From Candidatus Latescibacterota bacterium (GTDB taxonomy: Bacteria > Latescibacterota > UBA2968 > UBA8231), in assembly GCA_965208105.1 (NCBI GenBank), contig OZ242318.1, forward strand, positions 4,288,001-4,352,000: a DNA stretch of 64,000 nucleotides, given 5' to 3'. The notes under the pieces were generated by a model. It made no database searches, was not told the origin of the DNA, and saw nothing but the letters and a program-made list of their open reading frames with translations. Position 1 is the first letter of the stretch, and the number at the start of each line of letters is the position of its first letter. A program made the translations under genes and the position numbers. This document shows positions 30,839-40,406 of this stretch, one piece after another.

Positions 30839-31244
30839 TTGCGAAGGCGCGACATCGCGACGACGAGCTAACGGTGGGCTGGTCAGAACCTGTCCCGAGC
30901 GGAGTCGAGGGAGACCGGGAACCCATCGGAGTTCGCAGTCTGTAGACTGCTCCCACCGCAATCACACGTTTAGGCACTACCCAGAGCAATCGGACCAATG
31001 CTGAGACACGCCCTCAAATTTGGACTTTGCATTCTTCCTTGCAAACGCACAAAGTAAACCGGGAAGCGAGTCCTTAACATGATCGCGAATCACCGGTGGA
31101 CGTATCACCTGCCGTGAAGACCATGAACCCTCCTTCATAGCCCCGTTCAACGGTCACTACCGCGATCGCGAAAAAACCCACCGGAAAGGCTACCACCACC
31201 GCCGCCGTCACCCACCAGGGCTGCTCCCGCAGTGAAAAGATGCG

Positions 31245-31630
31245 CAGGTGTCTTCCTCCGACCTCAGCGCATGCGCGACCTGTGGCGGGCGCCTGAGGAT
31301 CGTCGCCGACCTGACCGATCCGGCCTCGATGCGGACCTATCTGGAGGGGGTAGGGCTGCCGGCGGTGCCTCCGCCGAGGGCCCCGACGCAGCCGCAGTTC
31401 GAGTTCGCCGCCTGACCTGCCTTCTCGACCCGGCGCCGGGCGTACGGCGAGGTGTGCCCTCAACGCTCCCTCAGGCCCCGAATTGATCCGGATCCGGGCC
31501 GACAGGCAACCAGAATGGACTCCGAGCTCGGTCGAAGGACGGGCAAACGATCCTCCGGGAGCTGCCTGACCCTGGCGGTACGCTCAGCGCCTTGACCGAG
31601 AACCCGAAAAGGTCCTCATTTTACCTATAC
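31245..31630 (+). mobile_element. IS91 transposase C-terminal fragment plus oriIS end (family A, longest copy; remnant 4)
   Basis: DLSACATCGGRLRIVADLTDPASMRTYLEGVGLPAVPPPRAPTQPQFEFAA* (stop 31415), then 215 bp ending TTTTACCTATAC. Confidence 0.88.
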
Positions 31631-31896
31631 TTCTGAACGTGCTTCCTCAATTCCGCAGGCGAGGAATCGCCACCGCTCTTGTCGACGAAAGCGAGCGGCT
31701 GATTCGGGAGCGGTCCGCGATTGCCGGGATTGGCGTTGGCCTGCATCCTGGGTACAACGCGGCGCAGCGAATGTACGTTCTCCGTGGGTACGTTCCCGAT
31801 GCCCGGGGTGTCACCTACAAGAATCGGTACGTGGTTGAGGGCGAGACGTTGCCCTTCGACGACGACCTGGTGCTCTACCTCACAAAAGACCAGTAA
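31631..31896 (+). pseudogene. GNAT acetyltransferase, 5'-truncated at oriIS end
   Basis: Begins mid-domain LNVLPQFRRRGIAT...GVGLHPGYNAAQRMY..RGYVPD. Confidence 0.75.
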
Positions 31897-31908
31897 GCGC
31901 GGTGTGAA

Positions 31909-32814
31909 ATGGCGTTATCCATTGAGCGCAGGTTCGAAAGACTTCGCCCCAACGAAATCTGGCGCACCCTCAGCGAGTTCCCTTGCGTCTACGTGCCTTC
32001 AGGACCACTGGAATGGCACGGGTTACAAAATCCGATCGGCCTGGACGCGGTCAAAGCCCAAGCCTTGTGCCTTCGCGCCGCGGGCATTTCGGGCGGGCTC
32101 GTATTTCCCCCGACACACGTGCACGCTCACACGGTGCCGTGGCCGCTCGGGATGCCGGCGCAACCGGAGTTGGTGGAAGCACAGGCCAACACCATTCTCG
32201 GCTACCTGTCACGTAATGGCGCGCGGGCTGTTGTCTGGCTCTCCGGCCATGGCGGCACCGAGGATTACCTCGCGATCCGCAAAGCGGCGCTGACGGCGAT
32301 GCGCGAATCAGATTGCGTCATCTGGGCTGGAGTCGACGCTCATCTCATTGCGGATTTGGAGAAACCGATGGATCACGCGGCGGCGATCGAGACCTCGCTG
32401 CTTCTTCACCTGGCGCCCGACACTGTCGACCTCGGCGAGTTGGATCCAGATCCGGCCGCCTGGCCGCAAGGGGTTGGCGGTGACGATCCACGCACCAATG
32501 CCAGCGAAACGTTCGGCAGGGAGCACGCCAAGCTACTTGTCAACCGCATGGCCGCGTTGGCAACCCGGCTGGTCGCGGTCAGCAAGGAGGATCCCGTCGC
32601 CAAGGGCCGGCACCGGGAGTGCCTGGCCCAACAGGTCGAGCTGGATGGTATGATCGCGCACGCGCGGGCGTTTCTGCCGGCGAATGATCAACCGAGCAAG
32701 GAGCCGGATGGTTGGTCCGAGCACCTGGAAGCGTTTCGTTGCGGCGATTACGATGCAGCGTACGAGGCGGGCGCAGCGGTCATTGCGCGGGTGCGCGCCC
32801 ACGTGCGCCGATGA
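31909..32814 (+). CDS. Creatininase family protein
   Basis: PSGPLEWHG..PIGLD, SGHGG, DHAAAIETS. Confidence 0.88.
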   Translation: MALSIERRFERLRPNEIWRTLSEFPCVYVPSGPLEWHGLQNPIGLDAVKAQALCLRAAGISGGLVFPPTHVHAHTVPWPLGMPAQPELVEAQANTILGYLSRNGARAVVWLSGHGGTEDYLAIRKAALTAMRESDCVIWAGVDAHLIADLEKPMDHAAAIETSLLLHLAPDTVDLGELDPDPAAWPQGVGGDDPRTNASETFGREHAKLLVNRMAALATRLVAVSKEDPVAKGRHRECLAQQVELDGMIAHARAFLPANDQPSKEPDGWSEHLEAFRCGDYDAAYEAGAAVIARVRAHVRR

Positions 32815-32875
32815 CTCGACAACCCGGGGCGATTTCCGGCACAATGCCGGCGCCGCAGACTTCGCCATGGATCGG

Positions 32876-34387
32876 TTACTCCAACCAGAACGAATAGAGC
32901 CGCGCCTGCCGCATGATAAACCGGATCTGAACCGGCCGATCGGTGGGCGGCTGCGGGTCCCCGTTCCACGACATCGCCCGCTGCCGGTGGTCGCCGGTCA
33001 TGGGCACGGTCTCGCCCTTGTAGGAGACAAATCCGGGAATCGCATCGAAGGTATCGGGCCCGGCATTGCCCTCGGACTCAGCCGGCAGGGTCTCCGCATC
33101 GAGGATCTCGGCGTGGACCTCGCCCCAGCGGGCGTCGGCATTGATGCGCAGCTTCTGTCCATTCCACATGAACGGCTTGGTGACCACCCATCCGACCTCG
33201 GCCGCGTCCAGAGAGACGAACCGATCCCGGTCGAGCTTGGCCAGGCAGAGACCGCTGGAATCCTGGAAGTACGACGGGTCGATGTTCAACCGGAACAGCT
33301 CTTTGTTGCCGTTGAACTGTCTATAGCGCTCCTGGTCTCCGGACATGCGGTGGCCGTTGTAGTAGACCCAGATCTGGTTGTCGCGCAGGATCGGCCGGTC
33401 GTTCACGCTGATCTGGTTGGTTCCATAATTCACTCCGTTCCACGGTTGGATCCCCAGGAAGACAGCGCGGTCGGCTACCCGCTTCCAGTTGCGCAGGTCG
33501 CGGGATATGGCCAGCTCGTTCTGGTTGATTCGGGTAAAGTTCATGTGGGGTGGGGGAACGGCACCGAACGGATTGAAGATGAGCGGAAAACCGATATACA
33601 TGCCTTCGTAGGGCAATATCGACATCTTATACGCCTCGGCGATGTAATCTTCGTCGTCGATGATGGGAGGGGTGAGAAAAGCCGGGTTCTCGATGATCTC
33701 GCGCACGCGCCGCCGGCGATTCTCCCGGTCGATCTCATCGGTGTGGAAGATCAGCTCCGGTTTGCCGAAGTCTCCAAACTTCTTGGCGGTGCTCAACCAG
33801 ACCGACCGGCCCCACTTGGTTCCGTGTTTGACCGTCAGCACGTACTGCTCGCCGATCGGATCGTAGGTAAAACATGACGTGTCAGCGCTGGGGACGGGCG
33901 GCACGTCGAGCATGGTCCACTCAAAGCCATCCGCTGATACGGCCGGCTTGCGCCCGTTGCTGCCGAAGAGCGCCTTGTAGCGCCGCTGAGGGTCGGGGTC
34001 GGTTTCGTCGCGGATGATGTGGGCGAGGTGCTCGGACCCCGGGGCGAGGGCGATGTTGTTCTTCTTGCTCCCCCGCCACTCGTAGAAGCCAAGCTCCGGA
34101 TTCTCCCAACTGACACCGTCTTCCGACGTACTGTAGAGCATCGGACTGGGGGAACCGTCGATTTGGTGGGCGTAATACCACCACTCCCAAAGGTTCTTCT
34201 CCGAATTCCACTGCGGCACCGACGAGGTCTGCGTGCCGCTCTGCCCCAGCGACTGATCGGGACGGATGATGGCGCCGCAGTCTAGTGGTTGGTGTAGCGT
34301 TCGTTCGATCCCGACGGTTTTCGCCACAGCATGATCGTCGAGGAACAGTTGCCGGTGGCTCTTGGGATCGATGAGTTCTCGGTCCAT
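32876..34387 (-). CDS. Five-bladed beta-propeller glycoside hydrolase-like protein
   Basis: RQLFLDD, SEDGVSWENP, DPDPQRRYKA, SRDLRNW, DRFVSLDA, RLYSFW; paralog of 60905-62401. Confidence 0.7.
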   Translation of the reverse strand: MDRELIDPKSHRQLFLDDHAVAKTVGIERTLHQPLDCGAIIRPDQSLGQSGTQTSSVPQWNSEKNLWEWWYYAHQIDGSPSPMLYSTSEDGVSWENPELGFYEWRGSKKNNIALAPGSEHLAHIIRDETDPDPQRRYKALFGSNGRKPAVSADGFEWTMLDVPPVPSADTSCFTYDPIGEQYVLTVKHGTKWGRSVWLSTAKKFGDFGKPELIFHTDEIDRENRRRRVREIIENPAFLTPPIIDDEDYIAEAYKMSILPYEGMYIGFPLIFNPFGAVPPPHMNFTRINQNELAISRDLRNWKRVADRAVFLGIQPWNGVNYGTNQISVNDRPILRDNQIWVYYNGHRMSGDQERYRQFNGNKELFRLNIDPSYFQDSSGLCLAKLDRDRFVSLDAAEVGWVVTKPFMWNGQKLRINADARWGEVHAEILDAETLPAESEGNAGPDTFDAIPGFVSYKGETVPMTGDHRQRAMSWNGDPQPPTDRPVQIRFIMRQARLYSFWLE

Positions 34388-34486
34388 GTCAGTTCTCCTT
34401 TGCAAAATCGGTCACTCCGCGCTTTTCGCTGCATGCGGCGACGCGGGTCGAGGGCCCTGACCGGCGAGGACTCGAACGCTTGTGCC

Positions 34487-34519
34487 GCCCCGAGGCCAGG
34501 CCGTTCCTGGCCTCGGGGC
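34487..34519. repeat. Perfect 14-bp inverted repeat
   Basis: GCCCCGAGGCCAGG-CCGTT-CCTGGCCTCGGGGC. Confidence 0.7.
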
Positions 34520-34558
34520 GCCTGCGCCTCCTCGCTTCGCAACGTCTTTGTTTCGCGC

Positions 34559-34750
34559 TCAAAACGCCGTTCCCCTGGCTGCAAGCCAGTTAGCATCGCG
34601 TCCCGAGCCGGCGCCGATGTCGCAGGCGAATCCAGGTTCTTCACGCAGGTGCGCCTGTGCCCAGTCTGCGTGGACTTCGGCAGGGTCGACTCCGTCATAC
34701 TGGGCGACGAGGGCGTCGGCGTTGAGGTCGTAGTAGCTGGTGCTACTCAT
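34559..34750 (-). pseudogene. Class I SAM methyltransferase N-terminal fragment
   Basis: YYDLNA..QYD, CDIGAGSGRDANWLAARG, then premature end. Confidence 0.7.
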
Positions 34751-35141
34751 GCGGTTAGGCAAGACGGTCGCGGGTAGCCAGGATAGGCGTGGTTGGACTG
34801 ATTGACGTTTCCCGCTTCATGTGAGTGGTATTCATCCTTGCCGGGAATCCTGCGCGTGCGGTACAATCGGGAAAACTGTTGATTGTTCCATGTCGAAGCC
34901 ATAATCTATGATCTTGTCATGATAGTCGGAAGGCGCGAGATGTCAAGCAATCCAATACGCCACGGGTAGTTTCGCGACGACTACCGGAGCCATGTTTCGA
35001 GCTCAACGCGCGCGTCTGTGCGATCTTTGCGGTACTTGACGAGGACGGGTGTTGCGAAAGACAGGCCCCAGGAGGGTCGGTCGCCGCGGCATGCACGAGC
35101 CGTTAGATTCCCGCCGGTTGACGTAACCCGAGGAAAATCCA

Positions 35142-36977
35142 ATGACAGAAGCAATCCTGCGCGCCGAAGGCCGCACGGCTCCGCCCCACTGGGCGGTGCG
35201 CCAGCGCCACCTGATCGACCTGATGGACCGGGCCGCGGTCCCCTTCACCAGGCACGCGACCCGTCCCGACGGAACCCTGATCCAGCGCACCGTCTGGACG
35301 AGCATGGACGGCACCGACAACGGATACGAGGCCTTCCTGTCGTTTCCCCTCTTCTACCTCCTTGGGGGCAGCGAGTTCATCCACCGCACCGCCCGCAGGG
35401 AGTGGGACGCCATAACCTGGCAGTACGCCAACTACGGCACCGTCGACCGCGAGTTCGTCACCGGCTTCGACTGGTTCCACCACAGCGAGAGCTACACCTA
35501 CATCTACTATCTCGCCATGGCCGACCCCGGGCATTACATCGACCGCACCCGCGCCCTGCGCTACGCCGCCATGTACACCGGGGAGGATCCCCTGGCTCCG
35601 AACTGGGACGCGGAGAAGCGGATGATACGCAGCCCCCTGAACGGCAGCCGCGGCCCGCGCTTCGTCACCACCCGGACCGACTGGGAGTACCACCGGCCGA
35701 TCCTGGCCGGGTACCTCTCCCCGTTCGAGGACATACCCGGCGCCGACAGCCGGGACCCGATGTTCAAGGTCGACTGGACCGACGACGAAACCTTCGCCAG
35801 GGTCCTCGCCCTCATCAACGAGCGCATGACCCGCTGCGACGTGCCCCTGAACCTCAGCGCCGCCAGCATGATCACCAACGCCTACCTGTACACCGGCGAG
35901 GAGAAGTACAGGAGGTGGGTGCTCGACTACCTGGCGAGGTGGGTCGAGCACCGCGACGCCAACGGCGGCATCATGCCGGACAACATCGGGCCCGGCGGCG
36001 GAATCGGGGAGCTCAACAACGGCAAGTGGTGGGGCGGGTACTACGGCTGGCGCTGGCCCCACGGGGCCCGCAACGTCGTCGAGCCGGCCTTCGTCGCCGG
36101 CAGTTGCGCCGCGCTGATGACGGGGGACATGTCGCATCTCGACCTTTGCCGCTCTCAGCTCGACATGCTGTGGTCCCAGCGCCGCGAGATCGACGGGGTG
36201 CCTATGGTCCCGTCCCGGCACGGCGACCGGGGCTGGTTCGACTACCGGCCGCCGGATCCCTACTACTACATCCACCTCTATTATTTGAGCCAGAGCGAGG
36301 AGGACCTCGCCCGCCTCGACGAGCTGTTCCCGGACCGGGACGGGTTCGCCGGCCTGCCGGAAGACTGGGGCGCCGGCAAGGCGGGGATATGTCCGCCCGG
36401 GGCATGGGCGGCTTTCGTCGAGGGGAAGAACCCGGGGTTTCCGGAGCAGGTCCTCGATACGACCTACGGCAGCGTCTGCCGCGCCCTCGACCGGCTCGAG
36501 GCGGACGACAGCGACCCGGAAACGCGGGAGTGCTACCACTTCCAGCAGCTCTGCCCGGTGCTGCCGGAGGGCCTCGTGCAGATGGCCATGGGGACGCCGG
36601 CGGCGGTGTACAACGGCGGCCTGCTGCAGGCTCACCTGCGCTACTTCGACCCGGAGCAGCGGCGCGCCGGGCTGCCCCCGCACGTGGCCGCCCTCGCCGA
36701 CCGCGCCGGCGCGGACCGGGCCCGGGTGACCCTCGTCAACACCGATCCGGTGCAGTCCCGCCCGGTGCTGATTCAGGCCGGCTCCTTCGGCGAGCACGAG
36801 TTCACCGGGGCTTGCGGAACGGACGGCCGCGGGGTAGAGCAGCGGGTGACCGTGGGGGGCAGGCACCTACTCGTCGAGCTGGGAGCGGCGGCGCGCATCG
36901 AGCTCGACCTCGGGATGAAGCGGTTCGTCCACCGGCCTTCGTACGACTTCCCGCCCATGGAGGGAGCATCCGGCTGA
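35142..36977 (+). CDS. Hypothetical protein (611 aa, aromatic-rich)
   Basis: Long ORF with strong GC3 bias, RBS GAGG; no function recognised. Confidence 0.8.
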   Translation: MTEAILRAEGRTAPPHWAVRQRHLIDLMDRAAVPFTRHATRPDGTLIQRTVWTSMDGTDNGYEAFLSFPLFYLLGGSEFIHRTARREWDAITWQYANYGTVDREFVTGFDWFHHSESYTYIYYLAMADPGHYIDRTRALRYAAMYTGEDPLAPNWDAEKRMIRSPLNGSRGPRFVTTRTDWEYHRPILAGYLSPFEDIPGADSRDPMFKVDWTDDETFARVLALINERMTRCDVPLNLSAASMITNAYLYTGEEKYRRWVLDYLARWVEHRDANGGIMPDNIGPGGGIGELNNGKWWGGYYGWRWPHGARNVVEPAFVAGSCAALMTGDMSHLDLCRSQLDMLWSQRREIDGVPMVPSRHGDRGWFDYRPPDPYYYIHLYYLSQSEEDLARLDELFPDRDGFAGLPEDWGAGKAGICPPGAWAAFVEGKNPGFPEQVLDTTYGSVCRALDRLEADDSDPETRECYHFQQLCPVLPEGLVQMAMGTPAAVYNGGLLQAHLRYFDPEQRRAGLPPHVAALADRAGADRARVTLVNTDPVQSRPVLIQAGSFGEHEFTGACGTDGRGVEQRVTVGGRHLLVELGAAARIELDLGMKRFVHRPSYDFPPMEGASG

Positions 36978-37119
36978 TCCGGGTCCGGGCCGGCAGGCAA
37001 CCAGAATGGATTCGAAGTGTGTCCACGGTGGTGAGGCCGCCCAGTCCGAAGTGCGCCACCCTGGCGCTGCGCTCAGCGCCTTGACCGAGAATCCAAAAAG
37101 GTCCTCATTTCACCTATAC
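36975..37119 (+). mobile_element. oriIS remnant 5 (family A)
   Basis: TGATCCGG.TCCGGGCCG.CAGGCAACCAGAATGGA...CGCCTTGACCGAGAATCCAAAAAGGTCCTCATTTCACCTATAC. Confidence 0.85.
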
Positions 37120-37165
37120 TTCCGTTTCATGAGTCATTCAGGGTAACACGCAAGAGGATCGCACA

Positions 37166-37978
37166 ATGGAAATCTCATTATGTACAGGAGTGTTTGGGCC
37201 GGAAACCAGAGATGCATCCGGCTTTGAGCGCGCTGCAGGAATGGCAGCCGCTGCCGGCTATCGCCTGATCGAACCTTCAAGCTGGCACCTGAGATTGCCA
37301 AATAGCCATTCGGCACTTGCGGCCGCAGGACTCGGGGTCTGGGCGGTGCATGGCAGCTTCGGTTGCGTCGAACCTGGGGCAATCTCCGAATCTGCAGACG
37401 AGCGCCGACATACGCTCGACCGGGAACTGGAATTGCTGCACATGGCGGCAGCTTACGCACCATGCCCCTACGTAATACATTACCTCAACCGTCACAACGA
37501 CCCTGCCGTGGCTGAACGCTGGCGCGACAGTGTTCAGGATCTACTCGTACATGCGGCGGCGCTGCAGTTGACACTGGCAGTGGAAACCGTGCCGTTCAAG
37601 CCTGAAGAGAACGAGCGGTATGCGGATACTGCGGAGGTCGCCGCATTCGTGCGAGCGTTCGATTCGGAGTACCTGCGCGTGTGTGTGGATGTGAATCACT
37701 CTAATCTGCACGAGGATCTTGGCCAGGCAATCAGCAACTGCAGCGGGCAGATATCGGACATTCACATATCCGACAATCATGGAGTGAGGGAACAACACCT
37801 GCAACCGGGCGAGGGCGTGATCGACATGCCCTTTGCACTCGCAGCATTGCGGGAAGCAGGCTACTCCGGCCCGTGCAACCTTGAGAGCAACATTCCTGGC
37901 GGTCTCACCGTCGAATCGCTGAGCGCCCTACGAGTTGCTGCCGAAGAACTTGTGGCTAAGAGCATGTCGGTCTTGTGA
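37166..37978 (+). CDS. Sugar phosphate isomerase/epimerase (TIM barrel)
   Basis: LAVET, DVNH, IHISDN, HLQPGEG, LE. Confidence 0.85.
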   Translation: MEISLCTGVFGPETRDASGFERAAGMAAAAGYRLIEPSSWHLRLPNSHSALAAAGLGVWAVHGSFGCVEPGAISESADERRHTLDRELELLHMAAAYAPCPYVIHYLNRHNDPAVAERWRDSVQDLLVHAAALQLTLAVETVPFKPEENERYADTAEVAAFVRAFDSEYLRVCVDVNHSNLHEDLGQAISNCSGQISDIHISDNHGVREQHLQPGEGVIDMPFALAALREAGYSGPCNLESNIPGGLTVESLSALRVAAEELVAKSMSVL

Positions 37979-38126
37979 AGCAAGCCGCGTAATCGCGGCG
38001 GAGCTGATATTCCCAGCTTTGAAGCCTTGGACCTGGGCACCCAGGCGCGTTCCCCTGGCTGTGCGCGTCGATAACATCCGAAGCGTCCCGCAGGTTGGGC
38101 AATCGACCTTGGAAAGGAGTCTTTCA

Positions 38127-39293
38127 TTGAAGGTTACGAAAATAAAAAGCTACAGCGTCGCGGAAGGCGAGGGACGCCCCTACTTCATTGTAAAGGTGGA
38201 GACGGACGAGGGTATTTACGGGCTAGGCGAGGTCGGCATTAGCTTCTGGGGCGAGGCGATTGCGAAGGCCATTGACCACCTTGCCGAAATAGTCGTTGGG
38301 GAAGACCCTTTCTGCACTGAGAAGCTGTGGCAGCACATGTTTCGCGGCGGATTCTTTCCTGCCGACAAGGTGTACTGCTGTGCGATCAGCGCCATCGACA
38401 TTGCGCTGTGGGACATCAAGGGCAAGGCGCTGAACATGCCGACCTACAAGCTGCTTGGCGGCCCGGTGCGCGACAAGGTCGTCTGCTACCCGCACGCCCA
38501 GGGCAGGACGAACGAGGAGCTTGTCGAGAACAGCGTGAGCTTGGTCGAGGAGGGCTGGAAGTTCGTGCGATGGGGCCAGCCGGAGACGGGCGGCACCTTC
38601 GAGTATCAGGGCAGTGAAGGACGGCTCGAACCCGTCGAATCGATGCGCATCGCCGAGCAGCAGATGGCAATGGTTCGCGAGGCGGTCGGCCCGGACATTC
38701 AGCTTTGCTTCGACGTGCACACCCGTCTGGATACGGCGCATGTCGTGGCCATGTGCAAAACGCTTGAGCCGTACAGACCGTTCTTCATCGAGGACCCGCT
38801 GCGCTCGGAGAATCCGGCAAGCTACAGGACGCTGGCGCGCCATGTATCGCTGCCCATCGCGGCGGGCGAGCAGTGGGCGACCAAATGGCCTTTTCGCGAG
38901 GTGATCGAGGAAGAGCTCATCAACTACGCCCGCATCGATCTGTGTATTGTGGGCGGGCTTACCGAGGCGCTGAAGATTACCCACTGGTGCGAGACGCACT
39001 ACATCGACATCGTGCCGCACAATCCGCTTGGCCCGGTAAGCGCGGCGGCATGTGTGGCGCTGTGTATGGCATCCACGAACGTGGGCGTTCAGGAGATGCC
39101 GCGTCGCCCGGGAAGTTTCGCGACTGATCTGTTCCCGCAGCAGATCGAGTGGGAGGAAGGTTATGCCTTCAATCCCGGTCGTCCCGGGCTTGGCGTCGAT
39201 TTCGATGAGGCCGTCGTTGAAACGAGACAGGTAAGCGCCAGGGGCTGGCCGCCGCAACTTCGCCGCAACGATGGGGCGTTTACGAACTGGTAA
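38127..39293 (+). CDS. Mandelate racemase/galactonate dehydratase-like enolase superfamily enzyme
   Basis: VKVETDEGIYGLGE, SAIDIALWDIKGK, DVH, FIEDP, GE, PHNP; RBS AAAGGAG before TTG. Confidence 0.92.
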   Translation: MKVTKIKSYSVAEGEGRPYFIVKVETDEGIYGLGEVGISFWGEAIAKAIDHLAEIVVGEDPFCTEKLWQHMFRGGFFPADKVYCCAISAIDIALWDIKGKALNMPTYKLLGGPVRDKVVCYPHAQGRTNEELVENSVSLVEEGWKFVRWGQPETGGTFEYQGSEGRLEPVESMRIAEQQMAMVREAVGPDIQLCFDVHTRLDTAHVVAMCKTLEPYRPFFIEDPLRSENPASYRTLARHVSLPIAAGEQWATKWPFREVIEEELINYARIDLCIVGGLTEALKITHWCETHYIDIVPHNPLGPVSAAACVALCMASTNVGVQEMPRRPGSFATDLFPQQIEWEEGYAFNPGRPGLGVDFDEAVVETRQVSARGWPPQLRRNDGAFTNW

Positions 39294-39396
39294 GGGCTCG
39301 GGGATGAAGCTTGGCATCAGGCCAGGAAGGTGCCAGATCCCGTTTTTCGCGCCGGCGCCGGCGGAGATTGAGCAGGGGCCCGCCTGGTCAACCTCC

Positions 39397-39436
39397 AAAG
39401 AAGAAGCCCCCGGCTAAGGTGAGTTAACCGAGGGCT
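39397..39436 (-). terminator. Terminator hairpin between convergent genes
   Basis: Minus-strand stem AGCCCTCGGTTAA/TTAGCCGGGGGCT followed by TCTTCTTT. Confidence 0.55.
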
Positions 39437-39482
39437 GTCTGCCTGAGGACAGATTAGCGGTTTTCGTCTCCCTCACACCACT

Positions 39483-40322
39483 CTACGCATTCTCCATCTC
39501 GGTCAGTATTTCCAGGGTCTCGTTCGCAGAGATCTCTTCGCGTCCCGCTGCGCGCTTCACAAATTCCCGCGTTTTGTCATTGAGAACGCCATAGAAACCC
39601 CGCACTTCCTCGTCCGGATGGTCCCGCCACAGAGACGGTGGTATGTACGAGGCTTCGAAGATTTCCCCACGCCGCCGATGCCCGTAGAGGATCCCTACGG
39701 ATTGTCGCGCCATCTTTGTCGGACGTACGGTGGCCGTATGTAAGCATGATATGTTGAACAATATGGCAGTACCCGCACAACCGTGCAGATCGCAGACTCC
39801 GCCCCGCGCCAGCTGCGCTTCCTTATCCACCATTTCCTCGTCGATCGATTGGGGCGAAATGGACAGGCAATGGCTTGCGGCGCTCACGTCGGACAGGTAG
39901 AGGATCATCCGCATGTAGCCTATGCGCAACGGATGTTCAGGATACATGAGCCGTTCCCCACCATCGCGATGCCAGCGGCGCCCTATGGACCCTTCCCATG
40001 ATGTCATTCCCGGAACCGCCTCACCCGCGTACGGCCACATGTGATTGAGGTGGATTTGCGCGAAACAGACTTCGTCGCCCATCAAACCCTTGAGGGGTTC
40101 CATCACCTTTGGGTGACGAATGATCTCATCGAGCTCGGGCGCCGTCAGCAGCGAGTGGCAGTACTGGATTTGCCAGATACCGTTGTCGGTCCAATAACGG
40201 CTGAAGTCCCGTCGCTCGCGTTCGAAAACATCTGAAAAACGGGCTACTTCCTCATCGTTCAAGATCTTGCCCAGCGACAGGTAGCCGTTCTCCTTGAAGA
40301 ACTCGTAGTCCTTCTGTTTCAT
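39483..40322 (-). CDS. PhyH family dioxygenase
   Basis: FFKENGYL, WHRD, YLSDV, AGTAILFN..CLH, R. Confidence 0.85.
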   Translation of the reverse strand: MKQKDYEFFKENGYLSLGKILNDEEVARFSDVFERERRDFSRYWTDNGIWQIQYCHSLLTAPELDEIIRHPKVMEPLKGLMGDEVCFAQIHLNHMWPYAGEAVPGMTSWEGSIGRRWHRDGGERLMYPEHPLRIGYMRMILYLSDVSAASHCLSISPQSIDEEMVDKEAQLARGGVCDLHGCAGTAILFNISCLHTATVRPTKMARQSVGILYGHRRRGEIFEASYIPPSLWRDHPDEEVRGFYGVLNDKTREFVKRAAGREEISANETLEILTEMENA

Positions 40323-40406
40323 AGCGCCTTCTTCTTTTGGGACAAGCTGCCGTCAGAGCCACATCCAACGTCCGCCGCACCTGCTTCTGCCACCATCTCG
40401 TTGAAA

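Noticed and set aside
30889-30912. REP-like motif CCTGTCCCGAGCGGAGTCGAGGGA
   Set aside because: Single copy with no partner or associated transposase in the window.
34420-34560. Riboswitch upstream of the 34387 gene
   Set aside because: Only one perfect hairpin; no aptamer consensus recognised.
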